From positions 1,408,001 through 1,472,000 of the forward strand of contig OZ219802.1 in NCBI GenBank assembly GCA_964291655.2: DNA of 64,000 nt, given 5' to 3'. This stretch comes from Chloroflexota bacterium (lineage in GTDB: Bacteria > Chloroflexota > UBA11872 > VXOZ01). A model generated the notes under the pieces. The model did not search any database. It was not told the DNA's origin and saw only the letters and a list, made by a program, of their open reading frames with translations. A program made the translations under genes and the position numbers. This document shows, piece by piece, positions 1-9,506 of the stretch; position 1 is the stretch's first letter; every line of letters begins with the position of its first letter.

Positions 1-573
1 GGGCTTATCTCTGTAGGCCGTGCCGGCCGACTGGGCACAGTCCTCGATGACGGTGAGATCGTGCCGCCGCGCGATGTCCATGATCGTGTCCATCTCGGCG
101 GCCACGCCGCTGGTATGCACCGGCATGATAGCGCGCGTGCGGGACGTAATGCGGTTCTCGATGTCGTCGGGGGCAAGGGTGAATGACTCGTTGACGTCGG
201 CGAACACCGGTATAGCCTGATGCGCGGCAACGGTGCCGGGCGAAGCGATAAAGGTGAGCGCGGGCACAATGACCTCATCGCCGGGGGCAATATCAAGGGC
301 TTTCAAGCCGACTTTGAGGGCGGCTGTGCCTGACGTGACGCCCAGCGCATACGCCGTGCCCATCATGCGGGCCGCCTCACGCTCCAATGCGGCAACTTTG
401 TCCGGCTCATTCACGCCGTAGAAGCGGAAGGGCGCACGGCGCTCCAGCACCTCGAGGACCAGTTCTCTCTCTTCATCGCCAATCAGACGCGCGCCGGGAT
501 AGCCGGTCTCCAATGGGGCAGTGCGGACCGGCTCGCCGCCGTCTACGGCCAAGCGTTCGATTTTCGTTGCCAT
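1..573 (-). CDS. DegT/DnrJ/EryC1/StrS PLP-dependent aminotransferase (runs off window edge)
   Basis: Not in the ORF track; translated by hand from ATG 573 (RBS AAGGAG): MATKIERLAVDGGEPVR...TSGTAAL...GDEVIVPALTFIAS...IEDCAQ, the typical DegT motifs. Confidence 0.9.
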   Translation of the reverse strand, partial: MATKIERLAVDGGEPVRTAPLETGYPGARLIGDEERELVLEVLERRAPFRFYGVNEPDKVAALEREAARMMGTAYALGVTSGTAALKVGLKALDIAPGDEVIVPALTFIASPGTVAAHQAIPVFADVNESFTLAPDDIENRITSRTRAIMPVHTSGVAAEMDTIMDIARRHDLTVIEDCAQSAGTAYRDKP

Positions 574-745
574 GTTCTGTTTCTCCTTGATGTCGGCTAC
601 CGGTGTCACGACGCATTCACTGGAGATGCACGACATGTCGTGCCCCTAGCCTTTTCCAAACTGCTCTCGGACGGCCCCGACCGGCCGCGCTTACCGAACT
701 ATGGGTTCGACAGGCGTCCGCGCGTCAAGAGAGCCCTTCTGATCC

Positions 746-1005
746 GTCAATCCCGCGCACGCGGGAATCCATCCTATCTGTACACTTTGTTGTCTGTACT
801 CTTTGCTATCACCGTAGGGGCACGATATATCGTGCCCCTACGGTGATAGCCAATCCGTCTTTCCCACGAAAGCGGGAATCCATCTTCTCTTCCGGCCTCA
901 GCCGTCTAAATGCATGACCGCGAGGTCCAAACTTGCCCCGACTTCGGCCACGTATCGCGTCGCTTCGCCGTATCGCCCACGGGGCAGGCTCTTCGGCAAG
1001 CTCAA
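746..1005. repeat. Cluster of REP-like hairpins
   Basis: GTCAATCCCGCGCACGCGGGAATCCA 746-771; perfect palindrome GTAGGGGCACGATATATCGTGCCCCTAC 814-841; second GCGGGAATCC unit ~857-881; CTTCGGCAAGCTCA ~991. Confidence 0.85.
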
Positions 1006-1065
1006 AGCAGGCTTTCCGCCGGAGTGACGGACTTACCCGCCAATGCGGTGGAGAAAGTGCACGAG

Positions 1066-1920
1066 CTACCGCTTCTTGGTATGCAGATGCTTGTCCTTCA
1101 AGATGACCTTCTCCGCCGTGCCGCCCATGATGGCCTCGCGCTGCTCGTCGCTCATGGGGAAGTTGCGTAAGAACTCTACCTGCGGCAGCGGCTGCCAGGG
1201 ATGGAGATAGTCGGTGCCGAGCATGAGCTTCTGCCAGTTGCGTTGGATGAAGCCCTCGGTAAAGTCGAGATCGCGGGAGATGGCATTGTAGCCGGAACCC
1301 GCCGACAGGTCGCCGTACATGTTGGGATATTCTTGCAGCAGGCGTTCCGTGCTGCCGCCGGGCGTCACTTTGCCCGGTGGATACCCGATCTTGCTGGCGC
1401 GCTTGAAGTCTGCGGATATTTCCGCCCACCACGCTGGTCCGTGACCCATGAAGACCGTATTGGGACACTCCTTGAGCACCCGCTCCATTCCCGGCTGGCC
1501 GTCCTCATCGGTGCAGAGATTCAGGTCCAGGTGCAGCATCACCGGCAGGTCGAATTCACCGGCCAGGGAAAAAAGCTCAATGGCGCGGGGATCGTCAATC
1601 GCCAGGCCGTTCTTATGCTCGCCAAAACCCATGATGCCCTTGGCGACCATCCTCTCCAGCAGCATGCGTTTGTTCACGGAGTTGCGCGGATCGATGACGC
1701 CAAACGGGATGAACCGCTCCGGGTACCGCTTCCAATCTTCCAGTGCCTCCGCCGTGAGGAAGTATTCCGGAAAGGACTCCGGACTCTCCAAGGGCAGGAG
1801 CACAGACATATCCACGCCCATCTTGTCCATGCGGTTCACCATCTGGTCCGCCGACATGCTGAGGGCGTTGCCCATACTCCATCGCCCACGACAGGTGTGC
1901 GTGTGGACATCAATAACCAT
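1066..1920 (-). CDS. Amidohydrolase_2 family metallohydrolase
   Basis: MVIDVHTH (HxH), GFGEHK, GHGP, LGTDY; start moved to ATG 1920 behind GGAAAG. Confidence 0.85.
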   Translation of the reverse strand: MVIDVHTHTCRGRWSMGNALSMSADQMVNRMDKMGVDMSVLLPLESPESFPEYFLTAEALEDWKRYPERFIPFGVIDPRNSVNKRMLLERMVAKGIMGFGEHKNGLAIDDPRAIELFSLAGEFDLPVMLHLDLNLCTDEDGQPGMERVLKECPNTVFMGHGPAWWAEISADFKRASKIGYPPGKVTPGGSTERLLQEYPNMYGDLSAGSGYNAISRDLDFTEGFIQRNWQKLMLGTDYLHPWQPLPQVEFLRNFPMSDEQREAIMGGTAEKVILKDKHLHTKKR

Positions 1921-2216
1921 AGTGCGTCTTTCCTTCCGAGAAGATTCTGGCTGGGTTTTCTGCGTTTGCCGTTGCTCGTGTTGATAGGAGTATACCGTAT
2001 TCGGTCGATTGACTTTGGCGAGGAGGCAAAGAGGGTGACCTTCGCGCACAATCTTGTTCAGACACCTCCGGGAGCGCCTTAGTTACACTCGTGCGCGAAC
2101 GGCTATATACTTAGAGCCAAATCAACTTGGCATTTGCCCGTTCGCCCTAGGCCCGCCTGTACTAAGATTGCTGTCAGCTCAAAGCGTGAGCGGCAATTGG
2201 TATACGCGAAGCGCAG

Positions 2217-2242
2217 CCGTTCGCCCTGAGCCTGTCGAAGGG
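2217..2242 (+). repeat. REP-like unit CCGTTCGCCCTGAGCCTGTCGAAGGG
   Basis: Same family as the units at 19605-19965, 51443-51500 and 63820-63857. Confidence 0.8.
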
Positions 2243-2365
2243 TAACGGCTGTCAAGGCACGGAGGGACTCCCGCGACTACCCAAGAGGTCTCCCTGCACT
2301 TGCAGGCGCATAGCGGAAAGGGCTCGCATCAAGAAGCCAGACAATCCCCATGGAGTAAGCAAACC

Positions 2366-3439
2366 GTGAACAAATTCGATCTCCCAACCCCGGCGCTCTG
2401 CATTGATATGGAGTCGGTCCGCCACAATCTGCGCCTCATGCAGGACTTTGCCGATGGAGCCGGCGTGGACCTGCGCCCCCACGCCAAGACCCACAAGAAC
2501 CCGTTCTTTGCGCACATGCAGATGGCACAGGGAGCGGTGGGAGTCTGCGTGGCAAAGCTCAGTGAAGCCGAGGTCATGGTGCAAGGGGGCGTAAAGGACA
2601 TCCTCGTCACCAATGAGATCGCCGATCCGCGCAAGTTGCGCCAACTGGCGGGACTGGCGCACTACGCCAAGATCACATTGGCAGTGGATAGTCTGTCATG
2701 CGCCGCGGCGGCGGCGCGGGCGGCCATGGACATGGGGAGTACGCTCAATTTGCTCATCGAGGTGGATAGCGGGTCGCTGCGCTGCGGCACCGCTCCCGGT
2801 GAGCCGACGCTTGAACTGGCGCGGGGCATCATGGAGCTGGAAAGCGTGGTTTTCGCGGGGATCATGGGTTACGAGGGCCACTGCATGTTCATCGAGGACG
2901 CGGACGAGCGCCAGCGGATGGTGCATGCGGACCAAGAGAGACTAGTGGGCACCGCCGATCTCATCCGCTCCCACGGCATTCCCGTGCAGACGGTCTCCGC
3001 CGCGGGCACCGGCACCTATGACCTGACCGGCAACTATCCGGGCATTACCGAGCTGCAGCCGGGGTCGTACATCTTCATGGACGGACGTTACCGGCCGCTG
3101 AAACCGGAGTTTCGCTGCGCGATCACCGTAATCGTTACGGTGATCAGCCGTCCCACGCCGGAGCGGGTCGTTGTCGACGTGGGCATGAAGTCGCTAACCA
3201 ACGAGTTCGGCATGCCGCTGGTGCTCAACGTCCCCGATTGCGAATTCTACCGCGAGGGCGAGGAAAACGCCTGCATCCGCCTGGACGATACCAGCCATCC
3301 CATTCGCCCCGGCGATCAGGTGGAACTACTGCCAATGCACGGCGATACGACAATTGCCGTACATGATGAGTACCACCTCTGCCACGGCGAAGAGGTGGTG
3401 ATGACGCTGCCGATACAGGGACGCGGAAAGTTTCACTAG
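2366..3439 (+). CDS. DSD1/D-threonine aldolase family PLP enzyme (alanine racemase-like barrel)
   Basis: LPTPAL, LRPHAKTHK (PLP Lys), GYEGH, TELQPGSYIFMD; GTG start 2366 with GGAG upstream. Confidence 0.88.
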   Translation: MNKFDLPTPALCIDMESVRHNLRLMQDFADGAGVDLRPHAKTHKNPFFAHMQMAQGAVGVCVAKLSEAEVMVQGGVKDILVTNEIADPRKLRQLAGLAHYAKITLAVDSLSCAAAAARAAMDMGSTLNLLIEVDSGSLRCGTAPGEPTLELARGIMELESVVFAGIMGYEGHCMFIEDADERQRMVHADQERLVGTADLIRSHGIPVQTVSAAGTGTYDLTGNYPGITELQPGSYIFMDGRYRPLKPEFRCAITVIVTVISRPTPERVVVDVGMKSLTNEFGMPLVLNVPDCEFYREGEENACIRLDDTSHPIRPGDQVELLPMHGDTTIAVHDEYHLCHGEEVVMTLPIQGRGKFH

Positions 3440-3505
3440 CGTGTGTAATTTACAAGCGGCTCGCTGCCTGAAACTCGTGTGGGGCAACAGTGGGACCGAA
3501 GAATC

Positions 3506-3539
3506 CCCTCACCCCGGCCCTCTCCCCAAGGAGAGGGAG
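3506..3539 (+). repeat. REP-A hairpin CCCTCACCCCGGCCCTCTCCCCAAGGAGAGGGAG (uninterrupted copy)
   Basis: Stem CCCTCTCC/GGAGAGGG; more than 15 related copies in the window. Confidence 0.85.
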
Positions 3540-3872
3540 TACACCTTGTGCCACGTGGCGAGGCAACGCCTGTGCCGCCTCATTGGGAGAGAGATTCGGC
3601 CTCGATGATAAGGAGATGCTTGCTTGACCGCCGAGTGACTAGTGAGTCTTAGGTACTATGCATCTATCCCGGCAAAGGTGGCCCGGATCGCGAGGATGTC
3701 GGCAAGAGAGATTGTAATTCCAGTCCTGAATTTCTTTGAGGAGACCCCTGCAAGCAAGCGGCCGCATGTGCTACGCTGCGTGCAACGTGCACGTGGCGGC
3801 ACACGACTCCACACCCTCAAGCAATGCAAGCACGGCAACCGCTCACACAAAGCGTGAAAGGGAGCGCAACGA

Positions 3873-4466
3873 ATGAGCCAAGACCGGCATCTGCCAGTGG
3901 TCGTCGGCATTACGGCAGCCAGCGGCGCGGCGCTTACGGAACGCTGCATTACCTGGCTGGCCGGCCATGGCGTGCCGCTTTACGTGACGTGCAGCAATAA
4001 CGGCCGGCTGGTGTGGCAGCAAGAGCTGGATGAGTCGCTTGAGGAAGCTGCTGTTCGCTGGTCGCACGCGGGCGACGTGACGCTGATTGACGTGGGCGAC
4101 GAGGCCGCCTTGATTGCCAGCGGCAGTCTGCTCACTGCGGGAATGATCATCGTCCCGTGCAGCACAGGATCGGCGGCAGCCATCGCCAACGGTGTTTGCA
4201 CGAACGTGCTCCACCGCGCGGCGGAAGTGACCATCAAAGAAAGGCGGCCGCTGGTACTCGTGCCCCGTGAAACGCCGCTCTCCGCTATCCACCTCGAGTC
4301 CTGGCTCAAGCTCGCGCGGCTGGGGGTGACCATCGCGCCGCCCATGCTTACGTTCTACAACCATCCCCAGAACATCCAGGACATGGTGGATTTCAGTGTG
4401 GGCCGCGCTCTCACGCTGCTTGGCTTCCCGGACGCCCTTCCCGATCGCTTGCGCTACCATCTGTAG
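3873..4466 (+). CDS. ubiX: Flavin prenyltransferase
   Basis: VVGITAASG, IASGS, VPCS, KERRPLVLVPRETP, FYNHP. Confidence 0.92.
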   Translation: MSQDRHLPVVVGITAASGAALTERCITWLAGHGVPLYVTCSNNGRLVWQQELDESLEEAAVRWSHAGDVTLIDVGDEAALIASGSLLTAGMIIVPCSTGSAAAIANGVCTNVLHRAAEVTIKERRPLVLVPRETPLSAIHLESWLKLARLGVTIAPPMLTFYNHPQNIQDMVDFSVGRALTLLGFPDALPDRLRYHL

Positions 4467-4633
4467 GCATTTCCTCTCTTTTCGATCAGGGCGAAATGTG
4501 AATCAATTATTCGGGAGCCTATCGCCACGAGGCTGTACCAGGCGTTTGCCTCACCCACATGAGGCATTTGTACTTATGTTCACAAGTACGGTATGCTGCA
4601 CGCATATCAACGCAGTTAAGGAGGAATGAGAAC

Positions 4634-5632
4634 TTGGCTCTCACACGACGGACACTACTCCGAGGAGCGGTCGCCGGCGCGCTGGCGCTCCCCATGCTTG
4701 CCGCTTGCGGTCAGGTGACGGTAACGACAAGCGACACCGCAGGGCAAGAGGCCGCGGCGGAACCGACCAAGCTTCGCATTGGCGATCTTCCGCTCATTGA
4801 CATGTTGCCGGTCTACGTGGCGGAACAGGAAGGCTTGTTCCCGGAAAATCTGGAAGTTGAACTGGTGCCGTTTTCCAGCGCTTTGGAGCGCGACACCGCC
4901 TATACCTCTAAACAGGTTGACGGCGTGTTGAACGACTTTGTTTCGTCGACGGCTCTGAATCGCGAGCAGGATTTCACCCGAAACGTGCGGGTGATTTTAC
5001 GCTCCACCGAGCAACTCTCGCTCTTTGCGCTCATTGCGAGCAAGGGTTCCAACATCGAGAAGATTGAGGACGTGAAGGGCCAACAGATCGCGATTTCGCC
5101 CAACACCATTATCGAGTATGTACTGGACAGGATGCTCGGTACCGTGGGTCTCGGCCACGACGACGTTGAGAAGGTGGCCGTGCCCAGCATTCCGCTGCGC
5201 CTGGAGATGATCAATCAGGGCAACGTGACCGCTGCCGTGCTGCCGGAGCCCCTCGTCAGCCTGAGCATAGCAACGGCTGGCACGCGCCTCATCAGGGATG
5301 ATGCCGAGACCCAGTTCGGCGCCTCACTGCTCTCGTTCCGCAGCGACGTGATTGCGAGCCAGGAAGACACGGTGCGCGGCTTCATGGATGGTTTCGAGGC
5401 CGGCGTCAACCGCATCAACAGCAATCCGGGAGATTACCAGGACCTCATGGAAGCGCGCGGCCGTATTCCTCCTCCTCTGTTTGGCAAGTTTTCCGTACCC
5501 CAATTTCCCGCTGCTTCAGTTGTGACCCGGGAAGAGTATGAGGCGGTAGGCGAGTGGGCAGTCGGTCGCGGCCTGCTGCAAGAGGCAATCCCGTACGAAA
5601 ACCTGATTGATGACCGCTTCTTGCCCGGCTAG
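4634..5632 (+). CDS. ABC transporter substrate-binding lipoprotein, NitT/TauT (SsuA/THI5-like), Tat-exported
   Basis: TTG start after AAGGAGG; twin-arginine TRRTLL and lipobox LAAC; SsuA-like motifs DVKGQQIA, AAVLPEP. Confidence 0.82.
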   Translation: MALTRRTLLRGAVAGALALPMLAACGQVTVTTSDTAGQEAAAEPTKLRIGDLPLIDMLPVYVAEQEGLFPENLEVELVPFSSALERDTAYTSKQVDGVLNDFVSSTALNREQDFTRNVRVILRSTEQLSLFALIASKGSNIEKIEDVKGQQIAISPNTIIEYVLDRMLGTVGLGHDDVEKVAVPSIPLRLEMINQGNVTAAVLPEPLVSLSIATAGTRLIRDDAETQFGASLLSFRSDVIASQEDTVRGFMDGFEAGVNRINSNPGDYQDLMEARGRIPPPLFGKFSVPQFPAASVVTREEYEAVGEWAVGRGLLQEAIPYENLIDDRFLPG

Positions 5633-5933
5633 GTCTCGCTGACACGAATCTAGAAGACGGGATTTTGACTGTGGCTGCTTGATGTGCCGTCGCCGATTGC
5701 GGAGACTGTGGGGCTCAGGCATGGGAATGGGCCAGTGGGCGCAGTGTAGTACGGCTCTTCGCAGTCGCGTTCCGGGTTCCTCCCAAAGTATCTCGCCAAA
5801 CCATGGTCTGAAGTGGGCCGTTCCTTTCCCTGCCGAGAGTAGGCCGGCTTGGACGAACTCCGCCTGTTGGTGAGAATCACTGTAGGGCATCAACCCGTAA
5901 GCGCCGCATCGCTATGGTGTTTGGAGCAAATGG

Positions 5934-6749
5934 ATGAGTGAGCCCCGTCAAGCCGTTCCGCCTGCGGAGACTAGCATTGCCGACACCGCAGACCTTCCGC
6001 CTCGCGCGAAACTTCAAAACGTGAAGTTCGCTTACCGAGAAGACCAACCAATCTTCGATGCCTTTTCTTGGCAAGTCACACCAGGCGATGCCTGGGCCGT
6101 GATCGGCCCTTCCGGCTGCGGCAAGTCTACCCTACTCTACCTGCTTACGGGCTTGCGCCAGCCGCAGGCGGGCGCGGTGCTGGTGGACGGCAGCGCGGTG
6201 GGAAAGCCGCGCCCCAGCAGCACGACAGGGCTGATTTTGCAGGACTACGGCCTGCTCCCATGGGCGACGGTGTGGGACAATGTGCGGCTCGGCCTGCAAT
6301 TGCGCCGCGCGCCGCGCGCGCAGCAGGAAGAGCAGGTGGCATACTGGCTGGAACGTCTCGACATCGCCGCGCTGCGCGACCACTATCCGGCTCAAATCTC
6401 CGGCGGCCAGCGCCAGCGCGCAGCTATCGCCCGCACCCTTGTCTTCCAGCCCAACTTGCTGCTGATGGACGAGCCGTTCAACTCGCTGGATGCCCTCACC
6501 CGCGAACGCCTGCAGAACGTTGTACTGGAGTTGATCCAGGAACACGGGCTCACCACGGTGCTCGTGACCCACAATATCGAGGAGGCGGTCTTTCTCGGCC
6601 AACGCGTGCTCGTCCTGGACCAGCCACCCACCGCCGCTGGAACGGTCTTCGAGAACGGCCACGAGGATTCCCACAACTACCGCTCCTCACCAGAGTTTCT
6701 GGCCCAATGCACGGCACTCCGCGCCTTGCTGGCCGGATTGGGCGCATAG
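5934..6749 (+). CDS. ABC transporter ATP-binding protein, NitT/TauT family
   Basis: Walker A GPSGCGKS, LLPWATV, ISGGQ, LLMDEPF, LVTHNIEEAV. Confidence 0.93.
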   Translation: MSEPRQAVPPAETSIADTADLPPRAKLQNVKFAYREDQPIFDAFSWQVTPGDAWAVIGPSGCGKSTLLYLLTGLRQPQAGAVLVDGSAVGKPRPSSTTGLILQDYGLLPWATVWDNVRLGLQLRRAPRAQQEEQVAYWLERLDIAALRDHYPAQISGGQRQRAAIARTLVFQPNLLLMDEPFNSLDALTRERLQNVVLELIQEHGLTTVLVTHNIEEAVFLGQRVLVLDQPPTAAGTVFENGHEDSHNYRSSPEFLAQCTALRALLAGLGA

Positions 6750-6962
6750 ACCGCGCACAGACCTCCCGTACGCGTGCACGGTATACTAGACGGAGTGGGA
6801 CTTTTCATTACTCCCCCCGAGACTTACCCCGTACTCGAATTGGGACGGAAAGCCGTCTGCTCTGCTCCGGGGCGAACACTCTTTCAGTGGGAAGAGCCCC
6901 CGCCCTCGGTTTGCGGGTCCTAAACTAGCTAGAACACGGCAGGTTCCAATGAGTCGCGCGCT

Positions 6963-7086
6963 GTCACTCCGGCGCAAGCCGGAGTCCAGGGAAGCAATGG
7001 TAGTGGATTCCTGCCTCGACCCCTGTTCCGGTCAGAGTTACCGCGCACACTTCGTCCCAAGAGCGGGGGACAAGCCCCCGCGCTAC
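6963..7086. repeat. REP-like hairpins GTCACTCCGGCGCAAGCCGGAGTCC and GCGGGGGACAAGCCCCCGCGCTAC
   Basis: Palindromes seen directly; families recur at ~32246, 37767, 39170, 41062 and 63740. Confidence 0.8.
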
Positions 7087-7187
7087 AAGAAGAAAGTTGC
7101 TCCAAGGAGACCGGTGGTGCGATACTGCCGGTCGAACGATTGGAAAACCATGACGAACCACATACCCCCAGAGTGGACATACACAAC

Positions 7188-8000
7188 ATGAGCACAATTC
7201 CGCACTACATCATGAGTAAGGACAACCCTCAGATCAAGCGCGTGCGGTCGTTGTTGCAATCGTCGCGGCAGCGACGGAAAGAGCGTGCGTTTGTCGTAGA
7301 AGGCGTGCGCCTGGTGGAAGAGGCGCTCGCCGCCGATCGAGTTTCCTCGCTCTACGTCTGCTCCGAATTGCTTACCGCCCATGAACGCAGCCGCGCCTTC
7401 CTTGAAAGTCTCCACGAAGATGCCGCCTATGCCCTCATACACGTTGCGCCGGACGTATTCGCGGCTCTGGCAGACACGGCCACGCCGCAGGGCGTGGTGG
7501 CGGTCTGCTCGTTACCGGATGAGCCGGCATTGCCGCCCCAGCCTACCCTGGCGGTGCTGCTCGATGGCGTGCAGGATCCGGGAAACGCGGGCATGATTCT
7601 GCGCGCCGCCGCCGCGGCCAATGCCGACGGTGTGCTATTTGGCCCTGGTAGCGTAGACCCATATAACCCCAAGGTGCTGCGCGGAGCGATGGGCGCCCAC
7701 TTTCGCACTGTGCTGCTTAGTCTTCGCAGCGAGGACGACGTGCGTAAGGTCTGCGGAGGGTTTACGCAGCGTCCTGCAGCTACAGCACGCGGCGGCGAGC
7801 GCTACGATACGGTTGACTGGACCGAACCGACCCTGCTAATTGTGAGCGCGGAGGCCCACGGCACCAGCGAATTGGGCAGCAGCCTGCAGACCGCCGCGGT
7901 GTCGATCCCGCTTGCCAATGAGGTGGAATCCCTCAACGTCGGCATGGCCGCGGGCATTCTGCTTTTCGAGGCAGTGCGGCAACGGCTGGATGAATCATAG
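7188..8000 (+). CDS. TrmH/SpoU family RNA 2'-O-methyltransferase
   Basis: QDPGNAGMILR, ESLNVGMAAGILLFE; N-terminal substrate-binding domain FVVEG. Confidence 0.92.
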   Translation: MSTIPHYIMSKDNPQIKRVRSLLQSSRQRRKERAFVVEGVRLVEEALAADRVSSLYVCSELLTAHERSRAFLESLHEDAAYALIHVAPDVFAALADTATPQGVVAVCSLPDEPALPPQPTLAVLLDGVQDPGNAGMILRAAAAANADGVLFGPGSVDPYNPKVLRGAMGAHFRTVLLSLRSEDDVRKVCGGFTQRPAATARGGERYDTVDWTEPTLLIVSAEAHGTSELGSSLQTAAVSIPLANEVESLNVGMAAGILLFEAVRQRLDES

Positions 8001-8429
8001 CTTACAGGCGTGCAGGCCGACAGAAGACTACTGCATAACTCTACCAATCAGTTTGCATGAGGACGGCTTTGCGTCGTCTCCTCACTCCAATTCTCTCCCC
8101 AGGGAGACTTTTGCATAGCCATCGCCGCAGTGAGGCCGTCCTTTCTTTCATCACGGAGACCCCGTATCGTGTCGATACGCTGTATCGAGGTACGGTGCAG
8201 GCTTTGCGTACCTTCGGCCAGAGGCACAAGATCTACTCCCTCTCCCCGGGGAGAGGGCCTGGGGTGAGGGGGACTTCTGCGTATCCTGTCCTCATTACCT
8301 GTAAAACCTATACGAAAGTGTGCAAAAACCATCAAGAAAGCTCCCAGATTGCGGGTAATTCCCTCTCACTCCCGTATCGAGTCGATACGCTGTGTCGAGT
8401 ACGGGGCAGACTCTAACCCTCTCCCGGTG

Positions 8430-8956
8430 GAGAACGTTGCGAAACCTAAGCGGAAGCGAGAGTGTTCCCTCTCCCTCGACGGGAGAGGGCTAGGGTGAGG
8501 GTGAATCTCCTGAAAGCTATCCACATGCACATCGAATCTGCCCTGATACATCTTGACACTGCACAGCGCAAAGGGCCATTGTAACAAAAGACCCCCTCAC
8601 CCCAACCCTCTCCCCCAGGAGTGTACAGACCGGGGACATAGGTAACAGTTGTTCGGGGACATGGGTTACACATTTTACTGATTGACACCTACGAGAGCAT
8701 TGGGTTGGTCCGGGTTTGATAAGAGACTGGCGACACAGTGCACTCACTTTCAGCCTGTCAGCTTGTGCCAGAGAAACAAACTGTGTGCATAAGGATATTG
8801 AGCGGATCTAACTTTCAAGGCAAGGACATCGCATACTACGAAAATCCCCTCGTTCTATGGTGTAACCTATGTGCCCGAACATGTGTAACCCATGTACCCG
8901 GTCTATACAAGGAGAGGGAGTGCCCCTGCGTGAAAGTGGGGTTATGCAAAGGTCTC
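8430..8956. mobile_element. MITE-A (non-coding; TIR consensus GAGACCTTTGCATAAC) inserted in a REP-A loop and interrupted by MITE-B
   Basis: Ends GAGAACGTTGCGAAAC / GTTATGCAAAGGTCTC; 5-bp TSD CGGTG at 8425-8429 and 8957-8961. Confidence 0.72.
8622..8909. mobile_element. MITE-B, 288-bp non-autonomous IS481 derivative
   Basis: TGT...ACA ends with ~50-bp termini nearly identical to the IS481 at 56678-57942; TSD AGGAG at 8617-8621 and 8910-8914. Confidence 0.9.
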
Positions 8957-9068
8957 CGGTGGGAGAGCGGACTTTCCCGCCTTGGCAAGGGTAAGGGAGC
9001 CTGGCATTCCGGCGCTCGCATTGCGCGCCGCTCTTGTGAATTATTGCCTGCGAAATGAAAGAGTGCTC

Positions 9069-9473
9069 ATGACACAAGATTCCATTTTCATAGAGGGCAT
9101 GCGCCTGCCCGCCCACATTGGCGTAACTGAGGAGGAGCGTGACTCACCACAAGTGCTGCGTTTCGACCTTGAGCTCCGCTGCGACCTGCGCCGCGCGGGC
9201 GCGAGCGACGACGTCAGCGACACAATCGACTACGGGGCCGTCTACCGGCACGTTGTGAACGTGGTGGAGCGCACGCGGTGCAAGCTCTTAGAACATCTGG
9301 CAGACCGCATTGCCGCCACGCTGCTTGCGAAGTTTCCCGCGTGTGAAGAAGTGCGCGTCCGCGTCGGCAAACCGGCGCTCTTTCCCACCACGGGACGGTC
9401 CGGCATGCCGGGGGTGGAGATCAGCCGTAGAAGAGCCGATCCCGGCGCGGCATTGCCAAGAGGAACTACTTAG
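9069..9473 (+). CDS. folB: Dihydroneopterin aldolase
   Basis: HIGVTEEER, SDDVSDTIDY, KLLEHLA, VGKP. Confidence 0.93.
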   Translation: MTQDSIFIEGMRLPAHIGVTEEERDSPQVLRFDLELRCDLRRAGASDDVSDTIDYGAVYRHVVNVVERTRCKLLEHLADRIAATLLAKFPACEEVRVRVGKPALFPTTGRSGMPGVEISRRRADPGAALPRGTT

Positions 9474-9506
9474 CCCAGCCTTGGCAGCTACTTGGTCAGT
9501 ACCGCG

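Noticed and set aside
4495-4590. Rex/Crp-like box upstream of the SBP gene
   Set aside because: Only isolated half-sites (TGTGAA, TTCACA) with wrong spacing
5633-5933. Permease pseudogene or riboswitch between the SBP and ATPase genes
   Set aside because: No hydrophobic frame or known aptamer motif recognised
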